Source: an uncultured Gammaproteobacteria bacterium (GTDB lineage Bacteria > Pseudomonadota > Gammaproteobacteria > Arenicellales > Arenicellaceae). From it: a stretch of DNA of 64,000 bases. The stretch's first letter is position 1; each line of letters starts with the position of its first letter. Position numbers and translations under genes: made by a program. Where the stretch lies: contig CAYOXK010000005.1 in NCBI GenBank assembly GCA_964407915.1, positions 734 through 64,733 on the forward strand, written 5' to 3'. Under the pieces are notes generated by a model. It searched no databases. It was not told the origin of the DNA and saw nothing but the letters and a program-made list of their open reading frames with translations. Shown piece by piece: positions 9,799 to 19,455 of the stretch.

Positions 9799-11282
9799 AC
9801 TTCACTATTGGCGCGAGCATTATAAAACCCTTAAGCCTGTACTTATGTTTGTGCTTTGGTCTGTTGGGCACAGTGCAGGTGGCGGTGGCCGAGGATATTG
9901 AAGGATGGCTGCATACGGTTTATGGTGATGCACGAGTGGGCGATTCGGGCAGTCGATTGGTGGCGTATTTAACTGATGATCAGAACCGCCGTTATGAGCT
10001 GCTAGTTAGAGAGTCAGCCGCGGTGTCGCTTAGGTCGCTTCAGGCCAACAGCGGCAAGCGGGTAAGTGTGAGTGTAGTCAGCGCGCCTAAAATGGACGGT
10101 TCGGTGTCAAGCGACTCGTCGTTATACATCAACAACATGGTCGTGCGAGCGCCCGCGCCCGACTCGGCTAAAAGGATGCAGCGTGGGGCTAGTTCGGCAG
10201 CCACGCCCGCATCAAAGCGCTATGTTTCACTGCTGTGTAAATTTAGCGATGTGGCCACCGAAGACCAACCTTTTAGCTACTTCGACGCCATGTATGGTGA
10301 TGCGCCAGGGCAACTCGGCCATTACTGGCGCGAAGTGTCCAGCGAAGCGATTAACTTAATTGGCTCTCGTGCCTACGGGGGCGCTGGTGGCAGTTCGGGC
10401 TGGTTCACCATGATCGGCCCACGTTCCAAATACATCAGTCCCACCCGCGAAGTAGATCTTGGCTTGTTGTTTGACGACTGTACTTCGGTGGCCGATTCTT
10501 TCGTGGATTTTTCGAACGTAGATGGCATTAATCTCATGTTTAACGGCGAAATCGGGTGTTGCGCTTGGGGAGGCGGTTGGCGCGCCATCCTAGATGGCAA
10601 CAATCGGGAGTTCCCAACCACTTGGGAGCCCGACTGGGCATGGTCTGATGTCGCTGTGTTAGCACATGAAATGGGTCACTCGTTTGGTTTGCCGCACTCG
10701 AATAACTCCGATGGCGATAACGATCCCTATGATTCGCCGTGGACGGTAATGAGCTATGCGTTTGGTGGCTTTGCCGATCCTATTTATGGGCTCAAAGGCG
10801 TGCACCTTAATGCTTATGAAAAGCTTAGTTTAGGTTGGTTACAAGGTGTTGAAGTGTATCGTGTACCGAAAACGGGCATCACTCGGCGGGTTAAATTGTC
10901 GTTTTTAGATCGCGCTCAGGCGACCAATGGAGCATACAGAACGGCCCTATTTGAGATCAGTAAAAACCGCTACTTTACGGTGGAAGCTCGTCGTCGTGGA
11001 GGCATCTACGAGGGGTTGGAAGGCACGGCCGTGTTGATCCACTCGGTTGATGAGCAACGTAAAGAGCCATCGTGGGTGGTGGATGCAGGCTCACCCGCGG
11101 CCGACTTTGCCGATACCGAGGGCGTGATGTGGCGCGTGGGCGAAGAGTATCGCAATGCGGCGTTGGGTATTTCGGTAAAAATCATCAGCCAAGACGCCAC
11201 GGGCTTTACGGTAGATGTGTTGGCCGAGGGTGACTCTACCTCGCTACCTGCGCTGTGGCTATTATTGGACGACGTGAACTAG
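9795..11282 (+). CDS. Secreted zinc metalloprotease (M6/immune inhibitor A-like)
   Basis: Signal peptide ending VAVA-E; LAHEMGHSFGLPH zinc motif; W-T-V-M-S Met-turn; HLNAYEKLSLGWL; YFTVEARRR; hydrophobic tail LPALWLLLDDVN. Confidence 0.75.
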   Translation: MNFTIGASIIKPLSLYLCLCFGLLGTVQVAVAEDIEGWLHTVYGDARVGDSGSRLVAYLTDDQNRRYELLVRESAAVSLRSLQANSGKRVSVSVVSAPKMDGSVSSDSSLYINNMVVRAPAPDSAKRMQRGASSAATPASKRYVSLLCKFSDVATEDQPFSYFDAMYGDAPGQLGHYWREVSSEAINLIGSRAYGGAGGSSGWFTMIGPRSKYISPTREVDLGLLFDDCTSVADSFVDFSNVDGINLMFNGEIGCCAWGGGWRAILDGNNREFPTTWEPDWAWSDVAVLAHEMGHSFGLPHSNNSDGDNDPYDSPWTVMSYAFGGFADPIYGLKGVHLNAYEKLSLGWLQGVEVYRVPKTGITRRVKLSFLDRAQATNGAYRTALFEISKNRYFTVEARRRGGIYEGLEGTAVLIHSVDEQRKEPSWVVDAGSPAADFADTEGVMWRVGEEYRNAALGISVKIISQDATGFTVDVLAEGDSTSLPALWLLLDDVN

Positions 11283-11286
11283 GCAC

Positions 11287-12543
11287 TTAATTTAGTGCAA
11301 CGTCATGCTCTGCTAAAAAGGCCTCACGAGCGTGCTCAATGGCAACGCAACGCGCGCGCTCAAGCGCGGCCTTAATCCTAGCAGGCTTGTCGTGTTGTGC
11401 CGCGATTGCCGCGGCATCTACGCCAGCCGCCGCTCGTTGGAGTTCCACAAAAAGTCGCGCTTGTGGGTAATCGCGAGTTTCGAAGCTAGTGCGCCCGCGC
11501 GCATCGGCCAAACAGGCATCGGCTATTTGTTGCGCGCGTTCTGTATCCAATAGCGAGCGCGTTTTCTCTAACACTCGTAAGATGGTCGATGCCTTTAGGG
11601 CAAACATTTTGTGCATATGCAAATGGTACTCGCCAACCGCAAGGGCCAACGCGCGATATTTGTTCGGCACGCGCAAGCGTTCGCACAAGGCCTTAATTAA
11701 CGGCACGCCCGCTTGTTCGTGGCCTTTATGCGAGGGCAGCACGTGCGCTGGCGTAATGCCCTTGCCCAAGTCATGGGTAAGCGCGGCAAAACGCACGATT
11801 GGGTCGGAACTGATTTGCGCGACCTGCTGCATAACCATTTCCATGTGCACACCTGTGTCAACTTCAGGATGATATTCAGCGGATTGTGGCACGCCGTACA
11901 GCGCATCCACTTCGGGCAAAATCTTCGTCAGCGCGCCACAGGCTCTTAGCGTTTGTAAAAAAATGTGCGGGTGTTGCGTAAGTAAGGTTTTATGCAGTTC
12001 TTGCCACACGCGTTCGGCAACCAGGGCATTGGCTTCGCCGTTATCCACCATCGTTTGCATCAATTGCAGCGTGTCTGGCGCCACCGAAAACTTAAAGCGT
12101 GCGGCAAAGCGAGCCACTCTTAATATGCGTACGGGGTCTTCCACGAAGGCGGGCGACACGTGTCGCAACACGCCATCGCGTAAATCTTGCATTCCATTAA
12201 AAGGGTCGATTAGCTCTCCAGTCACCGACTTGGCCATGGCGTTTACGGTGAGGTCGCGTCGTGCTAGATCTTCTTCTAATGTGACATCGGGCGAGGCATG
12301 GAACTCAAAGCCCGCGTAGCCACGTGCGGTTTTGCGCTCGGTGCGAGCGAGCGCGTATTCTTGCCCGTTAGCCGGGTTTATAAAAACTGGAAAATCTTGT
12401 CCTACTTGACGTAGGCCCAAATCCAACATTTGTTGTACGGTGGCACCCACTACCACCCAATCCTGATCGGCTACGGGCAAACCTAACGCTTCGTCGCGTA
12501 CTGCACCCCCCACGAGATAGCAATCGAGTTCCGCAATCGACAT
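11287..12543 (-). CDS. cca: Multifunctional CCA-adding enzyme with HD domain
   Basis: YLVGGAVRD, EYALARTERK, DLARRDLTVNAMA, EDPVRILRVARF, YHPEVDTG, THDLGK. Confidence 0.97.
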   Translation of the reverse strand: MSIAELDCYLVGGAVRDEALGLPVADQDWVVVGATVQQMLDLGLRQVGQDFPVFINPANGQEYALARTERKTARGYAGFEFHASPDVTLEEDLARRDLTVNAMAKSVTGELIDPFNGMQDLRDGVLRHVSPAFVEDPVRILRVARFAARFKFSVAPDTLQLMQTMVDNGEANALVAERVWQELHKTLLTQHPHIFLQTLRACGALTKILPEVDALYGVPQSAEYHPEVDTGVHMEMVMQQVAQISSDPIVRFAALTHDLGKGITPAHVLPSHKGHEQAGVPLIKALCERLRVPNKYRALALAVGEYHLHMHKMFALKASTILRVLEKTRSLLDTERAQQIADACLADARGRTSFETRDYPQARLFVELQRAAAGVDAAAIAAQHDKPARIKAALERARCVAIEHAREAFLAEHDVALN

Positions 12544-12546
12544 GGC

Positions 12547-13212
12547 TTATTGAATGCCGTATTGGTCGCGATAGGCGCGCATCGCATCAAGGTTGGCGCT
12601 CATGGCCGGATCCACTTTGAGGTACTCGATAATGTTTTCTAATGTGGCGATGGCAACCACGGGGATATTGTATTCCTGCTCCACTTGCTGAATCGCCGAA
12701 AAGTCCGTTGGTTTGTTGTCAACCTGACCAACTTCTTGTCGATCTAATGCGAGGAACACCGCACAGGGTTGCGCATTAAAGTCCTTTATAATCGCAAATG
12801 CTTCGCGAATAGCGGTGCCAGCGGTAATCACATCGTCAATAATGGCTACCTTGTTTTTGATGGGTGCGCCAACCATACTGCCCCCCTCTCCGTGGTCTTT
12901 GGCTTCTTTGCGATTAAACGCGAACGGCACTTCTTGTCCGGTGTTTTCGGACAGCGCCATAGCGACCGCACAGGCCAAGGTGATGCCTTTATAAGCGGGG
13001 CCGAACAGTACATCGAACTTGATGTCTGAGTTATCGATGCTTTGTGCGAAAAAGCGACTGAACTGCAGCATGGTGGCGCCACTGTTAAACAGCCCTGTAT
13101 TAAAAAAATACGGGCTAATGCGACCTGACTTTAATTTGAACTCGCCAAATTTCAGTACGCCGGTTTGTAAGGCAAACTCAATAAACTTTTCTTGGTATGG
13201 CAGCATCTGCAA
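12547..13212 (-). CDS. pyrE: Orotate phosphoribosyltransferase
   Basis: LKSGRISPYFFN, FGPAYKGI, NRKEAKDHGEGG, IIDDVITAGTA. Confidence 0.98.
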   Translation of the reverse strand: MQMLPYQEKFIEFALQTGVLKFGEFKLKSGRISPYFFNTGLFNSGATMLQFSRFFAQSIDNSDIKFDVLFGPAYKGITLACAVAMALSENTGQEVPFAFNRKEAKDHGEGGSMVGAPIKNKVAIIDDVITAGTAIREAFAIIKDFNAQPCAVFLALDRQEVGQVDNKPTDFSAIQQVEQEYNIPVVAIATLENIIEYLKVDPAMSANLDAMRAYRDQYGIQ

Positions 13213-13279
13213 ATTCCTTGGACGTTTCCCGTATTATACTGAACTCGTCACTTCAATCCGCAATTCTACCCCTTAAATC

Positions 13280-14119
13280 ATGAAAGTTATCTCTGTCAAC
13301 GTAAACGGCATTCGCGCAGCCGCCAACAAGGGTTTGTATGAATGGCTTGCGAATGAAGACGCCGATGTGGTTTGCGTGCAAGAACTTAAAGCGCAACCCG
13401 ACCAAATTCAAGGCGCGCCCTTTTATCCACAAGGGGTACACACCTATCTGCACGCGGCTGAGAAAAAGGGTTACAGTGGTGTGGCTTTGTACTGCAAACG
13501 CGAACCGGATCGAGTGCAGTACGGATTAGGGGAGGGCTTTGCCGACGTGGATTCGGAAGGCCGTTACATACAGGCCGACTTTGGTGGCTTGAGTGTGGTG
13601 TCTTTATATCTACCTTCTGGCTCCAGCAAAGACGAACGGCAAGTGTTCAAAATTGAGTTAATGGCGCGCTTTGAGAGCAAGCTCGCCGACATGATCGCCT
13701 CGGGACGACGCTGGATAATTTGTGGCGACTGGAATATTGCGCACAAGAAACGCGATATTAAGAATTGGCGCGGTAATCAGAAAAATTCTGGATTTTTACC
13801 TGAGGAGCGGCAGTGGTTAGACTGGTTGTTTGGTGAAACGGAGCCAGAAACAGCACAAGCTATAGTCACGCCGATAACACAAAGTGGTGATGCGGGTTTT
13901 CGCGACGCCTTTCGCATTGTTAATGATCTAGACGAGCAGTACACCTGGTGGTCGAACCGCGGTCAAGCGTGGGCGAACAACACGGGGTGGCGCATTGACT
14001 ACCACGTTATATCGGCCAACCTGGCGACCGCCGTTAAACCGGGCTCTGCGCGCATTTACACAGACGAGCGATTTTCGGATCATGCGCCGTTAGTGCTCGA
14101 ATACGATCTCGCCCTATGA
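13280..14119 (+). CDS. xth: Exodeoxyribonuclease III
   Basis: SVNVNGIRAA, QELKA, KKGYSGVA, GDWNIAH, YTWWSNRG, GWRIDY, SDHAP. Confidence 0.95.
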   Translation: MKVISVNVNGIRAAANKGLYEWLANEDADVVCVQELKAQPDQIQGAPFYPQGVHTYLHAAEKKGYSGVALYCKREPDRVQYGLGEGFADVDSEGRYIQADFGGLSVVSLYLPSGSSKDERQVFKIELMARFESKLADMIASGRRWIICGDWNIAHKKRDIKNWRGNQKNSGFLPEERQWLDWLFGETEPETAQAIVTPITQSGDAGFRDAFRIVNDLDEQYTWWSNRGQAWANNTGWRIDYHVISANLATAVKPGSARIYTDERFSDHAPLVLEYDLAL

Positions 14120-15648
14120 ATCACGCACTCGAAATACCTGCCCAAATCAAGTGGTGGCGCGAATCGGCGGTATGGGTGATGCTGCTGTTAGGCTTTTCGG
14201 CCGGTATTCCCATCTTGCTGATTTTCTCGAGCCTTTCACTCTGGCTAGCCGAAGCTGGCGTGTCACGCTCGGCGGTCACTTTTTTTAGTTGGGCCGCGCT
14301 GGGCTATTCATTTAAATTTGTCTGGGCCCCGCTTGTCGACCGACTGCCTATCCCGTTATTAAGTCGTTGGCTCGGCCGTCGCCGCTCTTGGTTGCTGTTG
14401 AGCCAGCTCAGCATCATTGCGGCCATTCTGCTGATGGCGAATACCGATCCACAGATAGGCCTAACGGCGGTAGCCTTGGCCGCGGTGTTGCTGGGTTTTT
14501 CGTCGGCTACGCAGGATGTGGTTATTGATGCGTTTCGCATCGAGTCAGCAGAGCCGCGTTTGCAAGCTATGCTGTCGTCTACTTATATCGCGGGCTACCG
14601 TACCGCCATGATTGTAGCGGGCGCGGGTGCTATTTACTTAGCCCAATATTTTGGCAGCACCACCGACAACTACAGCTTTAATGCTTGGCGACTCGCCTAC
14701 ACCTGCATGGCCGGAGCCATGCTAGTAGGGGTACTCACTACGTTGTTTATTGGCGAACCGGCGGTCTCCAAAGAACGCATCTATGCGGCCACTACGTCTG
14801 CTTACGCGCGGTTTTTACTGCTCTTTTGCACGTCTATCGTGGCCTTTATTTTGGTGTTCGTGATTACCCCAGACACACCGCAGTGGTTTGCCGGTGGCAT
14901 GCAGGGTGTGTTTGGCTTTCTGTACAACAGTGTTGTGCTCGCGCTTGCGCTGGCAGCGGCCTGGTTCACGGCAGTTGTCAGTTTGCACTATCACTGGGTA
15001 GACCATGACATGGTCAATCAGGGTTATATCGACCCCATTCGGGACTTCTTTGCCCGCTATGGCAAGTTGGCTATTTGGGTGCTCTTACTGGTGGGCTTTT
15101 ACCGCGTATCCGATATTGTGATGGGCGTGATTACCAATGTGTTCTATCACGACATTGGTTATAGCAAAGCGCAGATTGCTTCGGTGACCAAGGTGTTTGG
15201 CGTGGTGATGACCATCGCGGGTAGTTTCCTTGGTGGCATTTTGGCCTTACGCTTTGGGGTGATGCGTATTTTGCTGTTGGGCGCCGTATTAGTGGCGGTT
15301 ACCAACTTAGCGTTCGCGTGGTTAGCGTATCAAGAACCGCTCGTGGAATATTTAGCGGGCGTGATCGTGATTGATAATTTGAGTCAGGGCATAGCAGTGG
15401 CCGCTTTCATTGCGTGGTTGTCGAGTCTAACGAATGTGTCGTTCACCGCCACACAATATGCCATTTTTAGTTCGGTGATGACGCTTTTTCCAAAGCTGAT
15501 TGGCGGTTTTGCCGGTACGCTTGTTGAAGCTATGGGTTACCCCAATTTCTTTATCTTAGCTAGCTTGATGGGCTTGCCAGTGATTGTGTTGATTTTTGTG
15601 CTTCGCGACCAATTGATTATACGAGGCCCAGATGCATCTACAGTTTAA
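14116..15648 (+). CDS. ampG: AmpG family muropeptide MFS permease
   Basis: LGFSAGIP, FKFVWAPLVD, GRRRSW, SATQDVVIDAFRIE, FTATQYAIFSS. Confidence 0.93.
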   Translation: MNHALEIPAQIKWWRESAVWVMLLLGFSAGIPILLIFSSLSLWLAEAGVSRSAVTFFSWAALGYSFKFVWAPLVDRLPIPLLSRWLGRRRSWLLLSQLSIIAAILLMANTDPQIGLTAVALAAVLLGFSSATQDVVIDAFRIESAEPRLQAMLSSTYIAGYRTAMIVAGAGAIYLAQYFGSTTDNYSFNAWRLAYTCMAGAMLVGVLTTLFIGEPAVSKERIYAATTSAYARFLLLFCTSIVAFILVFVITPDTPQWFAGGMQGVFGFLYNSVVLALALAAAWFTAVVSLHYHWVDHDMVNQGYIDPIRDFFARYGKLAIWVLLLVGFYRVSDIVMGVITNVFYHDIGYSKAQIASVTKVFGVVMTIAGSFLGGILALRFGVMRILLLGAVLVAVTNLAFAWLAYQEPLVEYLAGVIVIDNLSQGIAVAAFIAWLSSLTNVSFTATQYAIFSSVMTLFPKLIGGFAGTLVEAMGYPNFFILASLMGLPVIVLIFVLRDQLIIRGPDASTV

Positions 15649-17203
15649 TAACTCTATTCTAAAGCGCTTACCTGCCGACCCTGAAACGCGCAATACGCGT
15701 CGTCAAGTGCATAATGCGGTGTACTCGTTTGTCGACCCTACGCCGGTTGCCGCACCAAAACTGGTGGCTGTTTCTGAGCACATCGGCGAGCAGTTGGGTT
15801 TGTCTGCAGAGGACTTGCACAGCGAGACGTTTTTGCAAGTGTTCGCCGGTAACCAAAAGCTTGCAGGTATGCAACCTTACGCCATGTGCTATGGCGGTCA
15901 TCAGTTTGGGCATTGGGCGGGTCAGCTCGGCGATGGGCGTGCCATTAATTTAGGTGAGGTTGTTACGCCAAGTGGTGCGCATTGGGCTTTACAGCTTAAG
16001 GGTTCTGGCGCAACGCCGTACTCTCGCACCGCCGATGGTTTAGCTGTATTGCGCTCATCCATTCGCGAATTTTTGTGCAGCGAAGCGATGCACCATCTAG
16101 GCGCGCCCACGACCCGTGCTTTAAGTCTAATAACCACTGGCGAGCAAGTGCTGCGCGATGTTATGTACGACGGCCACGCCGCACACGAACCCGGCGCGAT
16201 CGTGTGCCGTGTGGCCCCCAGTTTTTTGCGCTTTGGTAATTACCAAATATTTGCGTCACGCAAAGAATATGACGAACTGCGCTTATTAGTCGATTTTACG
16301 ATTGAGCAACATTTTAGCGAACTGTTGGAACAGTACGCGGCGGGTTCTAAAGCGCTGTATTTGGCATGGTTTGAACAAGTATGCGAACGCACGGCCACGA
16401 TGATCGTGGGGTGGATGCGGGTGGGCTTTGTGCACGGCGTGATGAATACCGATAATATGTCGATCCTCGGACTCACCATCGACTATGGCCCCTATGGCTG
16501 GCTCGACAACTTTGACCCCGAGTGGACACCCAATACTACCGATGCCCAGCACCGGCGCTATCGCTACAGCCAACAGCCCAACATCGCACTGTGGAATCTG
16601 TATCAGTTGGCGAACAGCGTATTCCCACTCATCGATGAAACCCATGGCCTAGAACAGGCGCTGGAAGGGTTTCAAGCGAGCTATCAAAAGCAGTGGCTGA
16701 GTATGATGGCCAGTAAGCTCGGCTTGCAAAAAGTACAGAGCGGTGACGAACCGTTGTTTGAGCGACTAGAAACATTGCTGGCGACAGTCGAGACCGACAT
16801 GACCTTGTTTTATCGCTTACTATCGGAACAAGAAATCGACGATTACACGCAACTTGCCGACGTCTATTACGAGGTAAGTACACACGACGCGGATTATACC
16901 GCCGCGATGCAGCAATGGTTGCAGGACTATCGTGCGCGGCTAGCGGTGGAGCCCGAAGTGCGTAGTGTGCAGGAGCGCTTTGCCGCCATGCAAACCGTAA
17001 ATCCCAAGTACGTGTTTCGCAACTACTTGGCGCAACAAGCCATCGACCTTGCCCATGCGGGGGATTACTCGATGGTGCAGCAGCTTTTAACCGTTCTGCA
17101 AAACCCCTACGTTGCGCAACCGGGCGCGGAGGCCTTTGCTGAAAAAAGACCGGACTGGGCGCGTACGCGCGTGGGCTGTTCCATGCTATCGTGTTCATCC
17201 TGA
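15632..17203 (+). CDS. selO: Protein adenylyltransferase SelO (YdiU)
   Basis: YGGHQFG..AGQLGDGRA, LQLKGSG.TPYSR.ADG.AVLRSSIREFL, HGVMNTDN, IDYGP, C-terminus CSMLSCSS (Cys codon TGT). Confidence 0.96.
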   Translation: MHLQFNNSILKRLPADPETRNTRRQVHNAVYSFVDPTPVAAPKLVAVSEHIGEQLGLSAEDLHSETFLQVFAGNQKLAGMQPYAMCYGGHQFGHWAGQLGDGRAINLGEVVTPSGAHWALQLKGSGATPYSRTADGLAVLRSSIREFLCSEAMHHLGAPTTRALSLITTGEQVLRDVMYDGHAAHEPGAIVCRVAPSFLRFGNYQIFASRKEYDELRLLVDFTIEQHFSELLEQYAAGSKALYLAWFEQVCERTATMIVGWMRVGFVHGVMNTDNMSILGLTIDYGPYGWLDNFDPEWTPNTTDAQHRRYRYSQQPNIALWNLYQLANSVFPLIDETHGLEQALEGFQASYQKQWLSMMASKLGLQKVQSGDEPLFERLETLLATVETDMTLFYRLLSEQEIDDYTQLADVYYEVSTHDADYTAAMQQWLQDYRARLAVEPEVRSVQERFAAMQTVNPKYVFRNYLAQQAIDLAHAGDYSMVQQLLTVLQNPYVAQPGAEAFAEKRPDWARTRVGCSMLSCSS

Positions 17204-17235
17204 TTAAAAATCACATCCTTTAAGAGAAATTGCGC

Positions 17236-17757
17236 ATGAGCAACCGTAAATTAATTGTTTCGGTATTCGCCGAAGACCGACCGAATCTGGTTAACGAGAT
17301 TTCAGATCAAGTGCTGGAATTTGATGGCAATTGGTTAGAAAGCAGCTTGTCGCGCTTATGCGGTCAGTTTGCTGGACTCATCCATATTGATATTGATGAC
17401 GAAAATCGTGACGACTTACTTGAGGCATTAGAGGGGTTGGCCGAACAGGGTATTTACATCACAGAGCAAAGTGCCGTGGGTGTGGTTGATGACTCCGACA
17501 CGGTTAATGTGATTGAAATTATGGTCGAAGCCAATGATCGTCCCGGTATTATTGGCGAAATAACCCGTACACTCGGCGCCGCAAATATTAATATCGACAG
17601 CCTCGATACGGGCTGCGAGAGTGCGTCGATGGCGGGATACACGCTGTTTCGTGCGCACATGATGCTGGCCATGCCTGAAGGCATGGACGAGGATGATTTG
17701 GAAGAGTTAATCGCAGGCGTGTCCGACGACATTATGATTTCGGTGCTGGAAAACTAA
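17236..17757 (+). CDS. Tandem ACT-domain protein (GcvR-like)
   Basis: Two ACT motifs: EDRPNLV...GNWLESSLSRL and ANDRPGIIGEI...NINI. Confidence 0.8.
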   Translation: MSNRKLIVSVFAEDRPNLVNEISDQVLEFDGNWLESSLSRLCGQFAGLIHIDIDDENRDDLLEALEGLAEQGIYITEQSAVGVVDDSDTVNVIEIMVEANDRPGIIGEITRTLGAANINIDSLDTGCESASMAGYTLFRAHMMLAMPEGMDEDDLEELIAGVSDDIMISVLEN

Positions 17758-17782
17758 TTTACGACTCAGTCTAAAGCTCAGC

Positions 17783-17800
17783 GCGGTGCGTGCGCACCGC
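17783..17800. terminator. Hairpin between convergent genes
   Basis: gcggtgcg-tg-cgcaccgc, a perfect 8-bp inverted repeat. Confidence 0.4.
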
Positions 17801-17827
17801 CAACTATATATTCAGCGACACTTGCAA

Positions 17828-18763
17828 CTATGCCGTGCGCTTGTTCTGCCACCAATAGAGCAGACCTTGCGCGTTTAAGTTGGCGTCTAAGCGTAACCAC
17901 TCGCGCGCGGTGGCTGTGTCGAGATTGGGTAGTTCGTTGGTGGCCCGCGTTACCAAATAATCTTCAATCCGCTGCCCCAGCGAGTCTGGCTCCCCTGCTT
18001 GCATAACTTGCTTGGTGATCGCCACATAGTCATCAATTTGTTCGTGTAAACCTGCGATGATGCGTGTGCTTGGCGTTAGCTCGCTGTAGTGGGTGGGGTA
18101 GAGTCGGCTCGGGCTTAGCGCCATTATTCGGTCAATCGAGGCGTGCAGAGCGTCGGGATTAAACTGTACGGGAGTCGTGGTGGGGCATACAAAGCTGTGC
18201 TGCTCGTCGCGCAAAGCGCGGTAAGCGATACCGAGTGTGTCGCCCGTAAATACGCATTTAGAGCCTTCGTCCATAATGCAGTAGTGGTGTGATGCATGGC
18301 CCGGCGTGTCGTAAAACGTGAGGGTTTTGCCGCCAAATTGCAGTTGCTCACTGTCCTCTAAAGAGCGCACGCGCGCGGCATCAACGCCTTCGATCGTGCC
18401 ATACAACTTGGCAAATTCAGCTTCGCCATAAACGGCGGTTGCGCCGGCGATCAGCGCCGATGGATCAACCATGTGGCGGGCGCCGCGGGGGTGAACAACC
18501 AGCGTAGCATTTTCGCATAAGCGCATAAGTGCGCCCGCGCCACCCGCGTGATCCAAATGGATATGCGTTAATAAAATCCAATCCACATTGGCAAAGCTCG
18601 CATTTAATCGCTTTAGTGCCGCCTCTATATACGGCACAGAGTCATTGGCGCCAGTATCGATTATGGCAAAGCGATCGCCATCCCTTAGCAAATGTATAGA
18701 GGCGAGCTCGGGTTGATAATAGTGCGCGTCGACCACGAAAATGTCGGGGTTAGAAGTATGCAT
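17828..18763 (-). CDS. MBL-fold metallo-hydrolase
   Basis: THIHLDHAGG, TPGHASHH, FTGD, PTH. Confidence 0.9.
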   Translation of the reverse strand: MHTSNPDIFVVDAHYYQPELASIHLLRDGDRFAIIDTGANDSVPYIEAALKRLNASFANVDWILLTHIHLDHAGGAGALMRLCENATLVVHPRGARHMVDPSALIAGATAVYGEAEFAKLYGTIEGVDAARVRSLEDSEQLQFGGKTLTFYDTPGHASHHYCIMDEGSKCVFTGDTLGIAYRALRDEQHSFVCPTTTPVQFNPDALHASIDRIMALSPSRLYPTHYSELTPSTRIIAGLHEQIDDYVAITKQVMQAGEPDSLGQRIEDYLVTRATNELPNLDTATAREWLRLDANLNAQGLLYWWQNKRTA

Positions 18764-18909
18764 AGTTGAGTTTCTTTACAAAGCGGTAATCATTACAGAG
18801 CGCATTAAACACTATCTACGCCCAAAAAAAATGTAAGAATGAATCGTTCCAGACGTTCTTTAAGTCTGAGTTGTAACTAAAACCATTCACTTTAAGAGGA
18901 TTATTTATT

Positions 18910-19311
18910 ATGCAAAACCAGAAAGTATTGAAAAAAACAGCGGTAGCGACAGGCGCAGGTCTTGCGAGCAGCGTACTCGCCGCTGCGTTGATGAGTGTAT
19001 CATCAGTGGCGTCTGCGGGAGACACCGAACGTTGTGCAGACATCGTTAAAGGCGGCAGCAACAGCTGTGCCGTAAAATCCTTAGGTATTTCATGCCAAGG
19101 TAATGCCACTGAAGACAATATGGTGGGCGCATGGATTAAAGTACCTGCGGGTACGTGTGGCAATATCGTCAACTTGTGTGCCGGAACAGCGGACGCACCT
19201 GAGGGCACTGACCCTAAAAAATTAGCCAAAGCATGCGAGAAAATTGCCGAGCAAAGTGATTCTGCGGTAGCGGGTGGTCGACTCGTGGATAAATTCGGCG
19301 AAGCGATTTAA
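18910..19311 (+). CDS. DUF2282/BufA1-like exported Cys-rich RiPP precursor (atypical, 6 Cys)
   Basis: Signal peptide to about VASA36. ERC...NSC...ISCQG...W.KVPAGTC matches the DUF2282 pattern. Followed by MNIO, DUF2063 and DoxX. Confidence 0.85.
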   Translation: MQNQKVLKKTAVATGAGLASSVLAAALMSVSSVASAGDTERCADIVKGGSNSCAVKSLGISCQGNATEDNMVGAWIKVPAGTCGNIVNLCAGTADAPEGTDPKKLAKACEKIAEQSDSAVAGGRLVDKFGEAI

Positions 19312-19389
19312 GCAAAAGCAACGCTGGCGTTAGCGCATTAGTTTGTCTATTCACTAGACTAATTTATGCTAACTGCAGCGACGTATTAG

Positions 19390-19412
19390 GGGTGGATTCG
19401 TCCACCCTTTTT
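19390..19412 (+). terminator. Intrinsic terminator between precursor and MNIO gene
   Basis: gggtgga-ttcg-tccaccc followed by ttttt. Confidence 0.65.
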
Positions 19413-19455
19413 ATTTGCCGGTCGCGCCACGCCTAATTATTCGATAATCACCTAT

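Noticed and set aside
17170-17203. SelO as a selenoprotein with TGA read-through
   Set aside because: The motif Cys is TGT, and TGA follows SS at the normal C-terminus.
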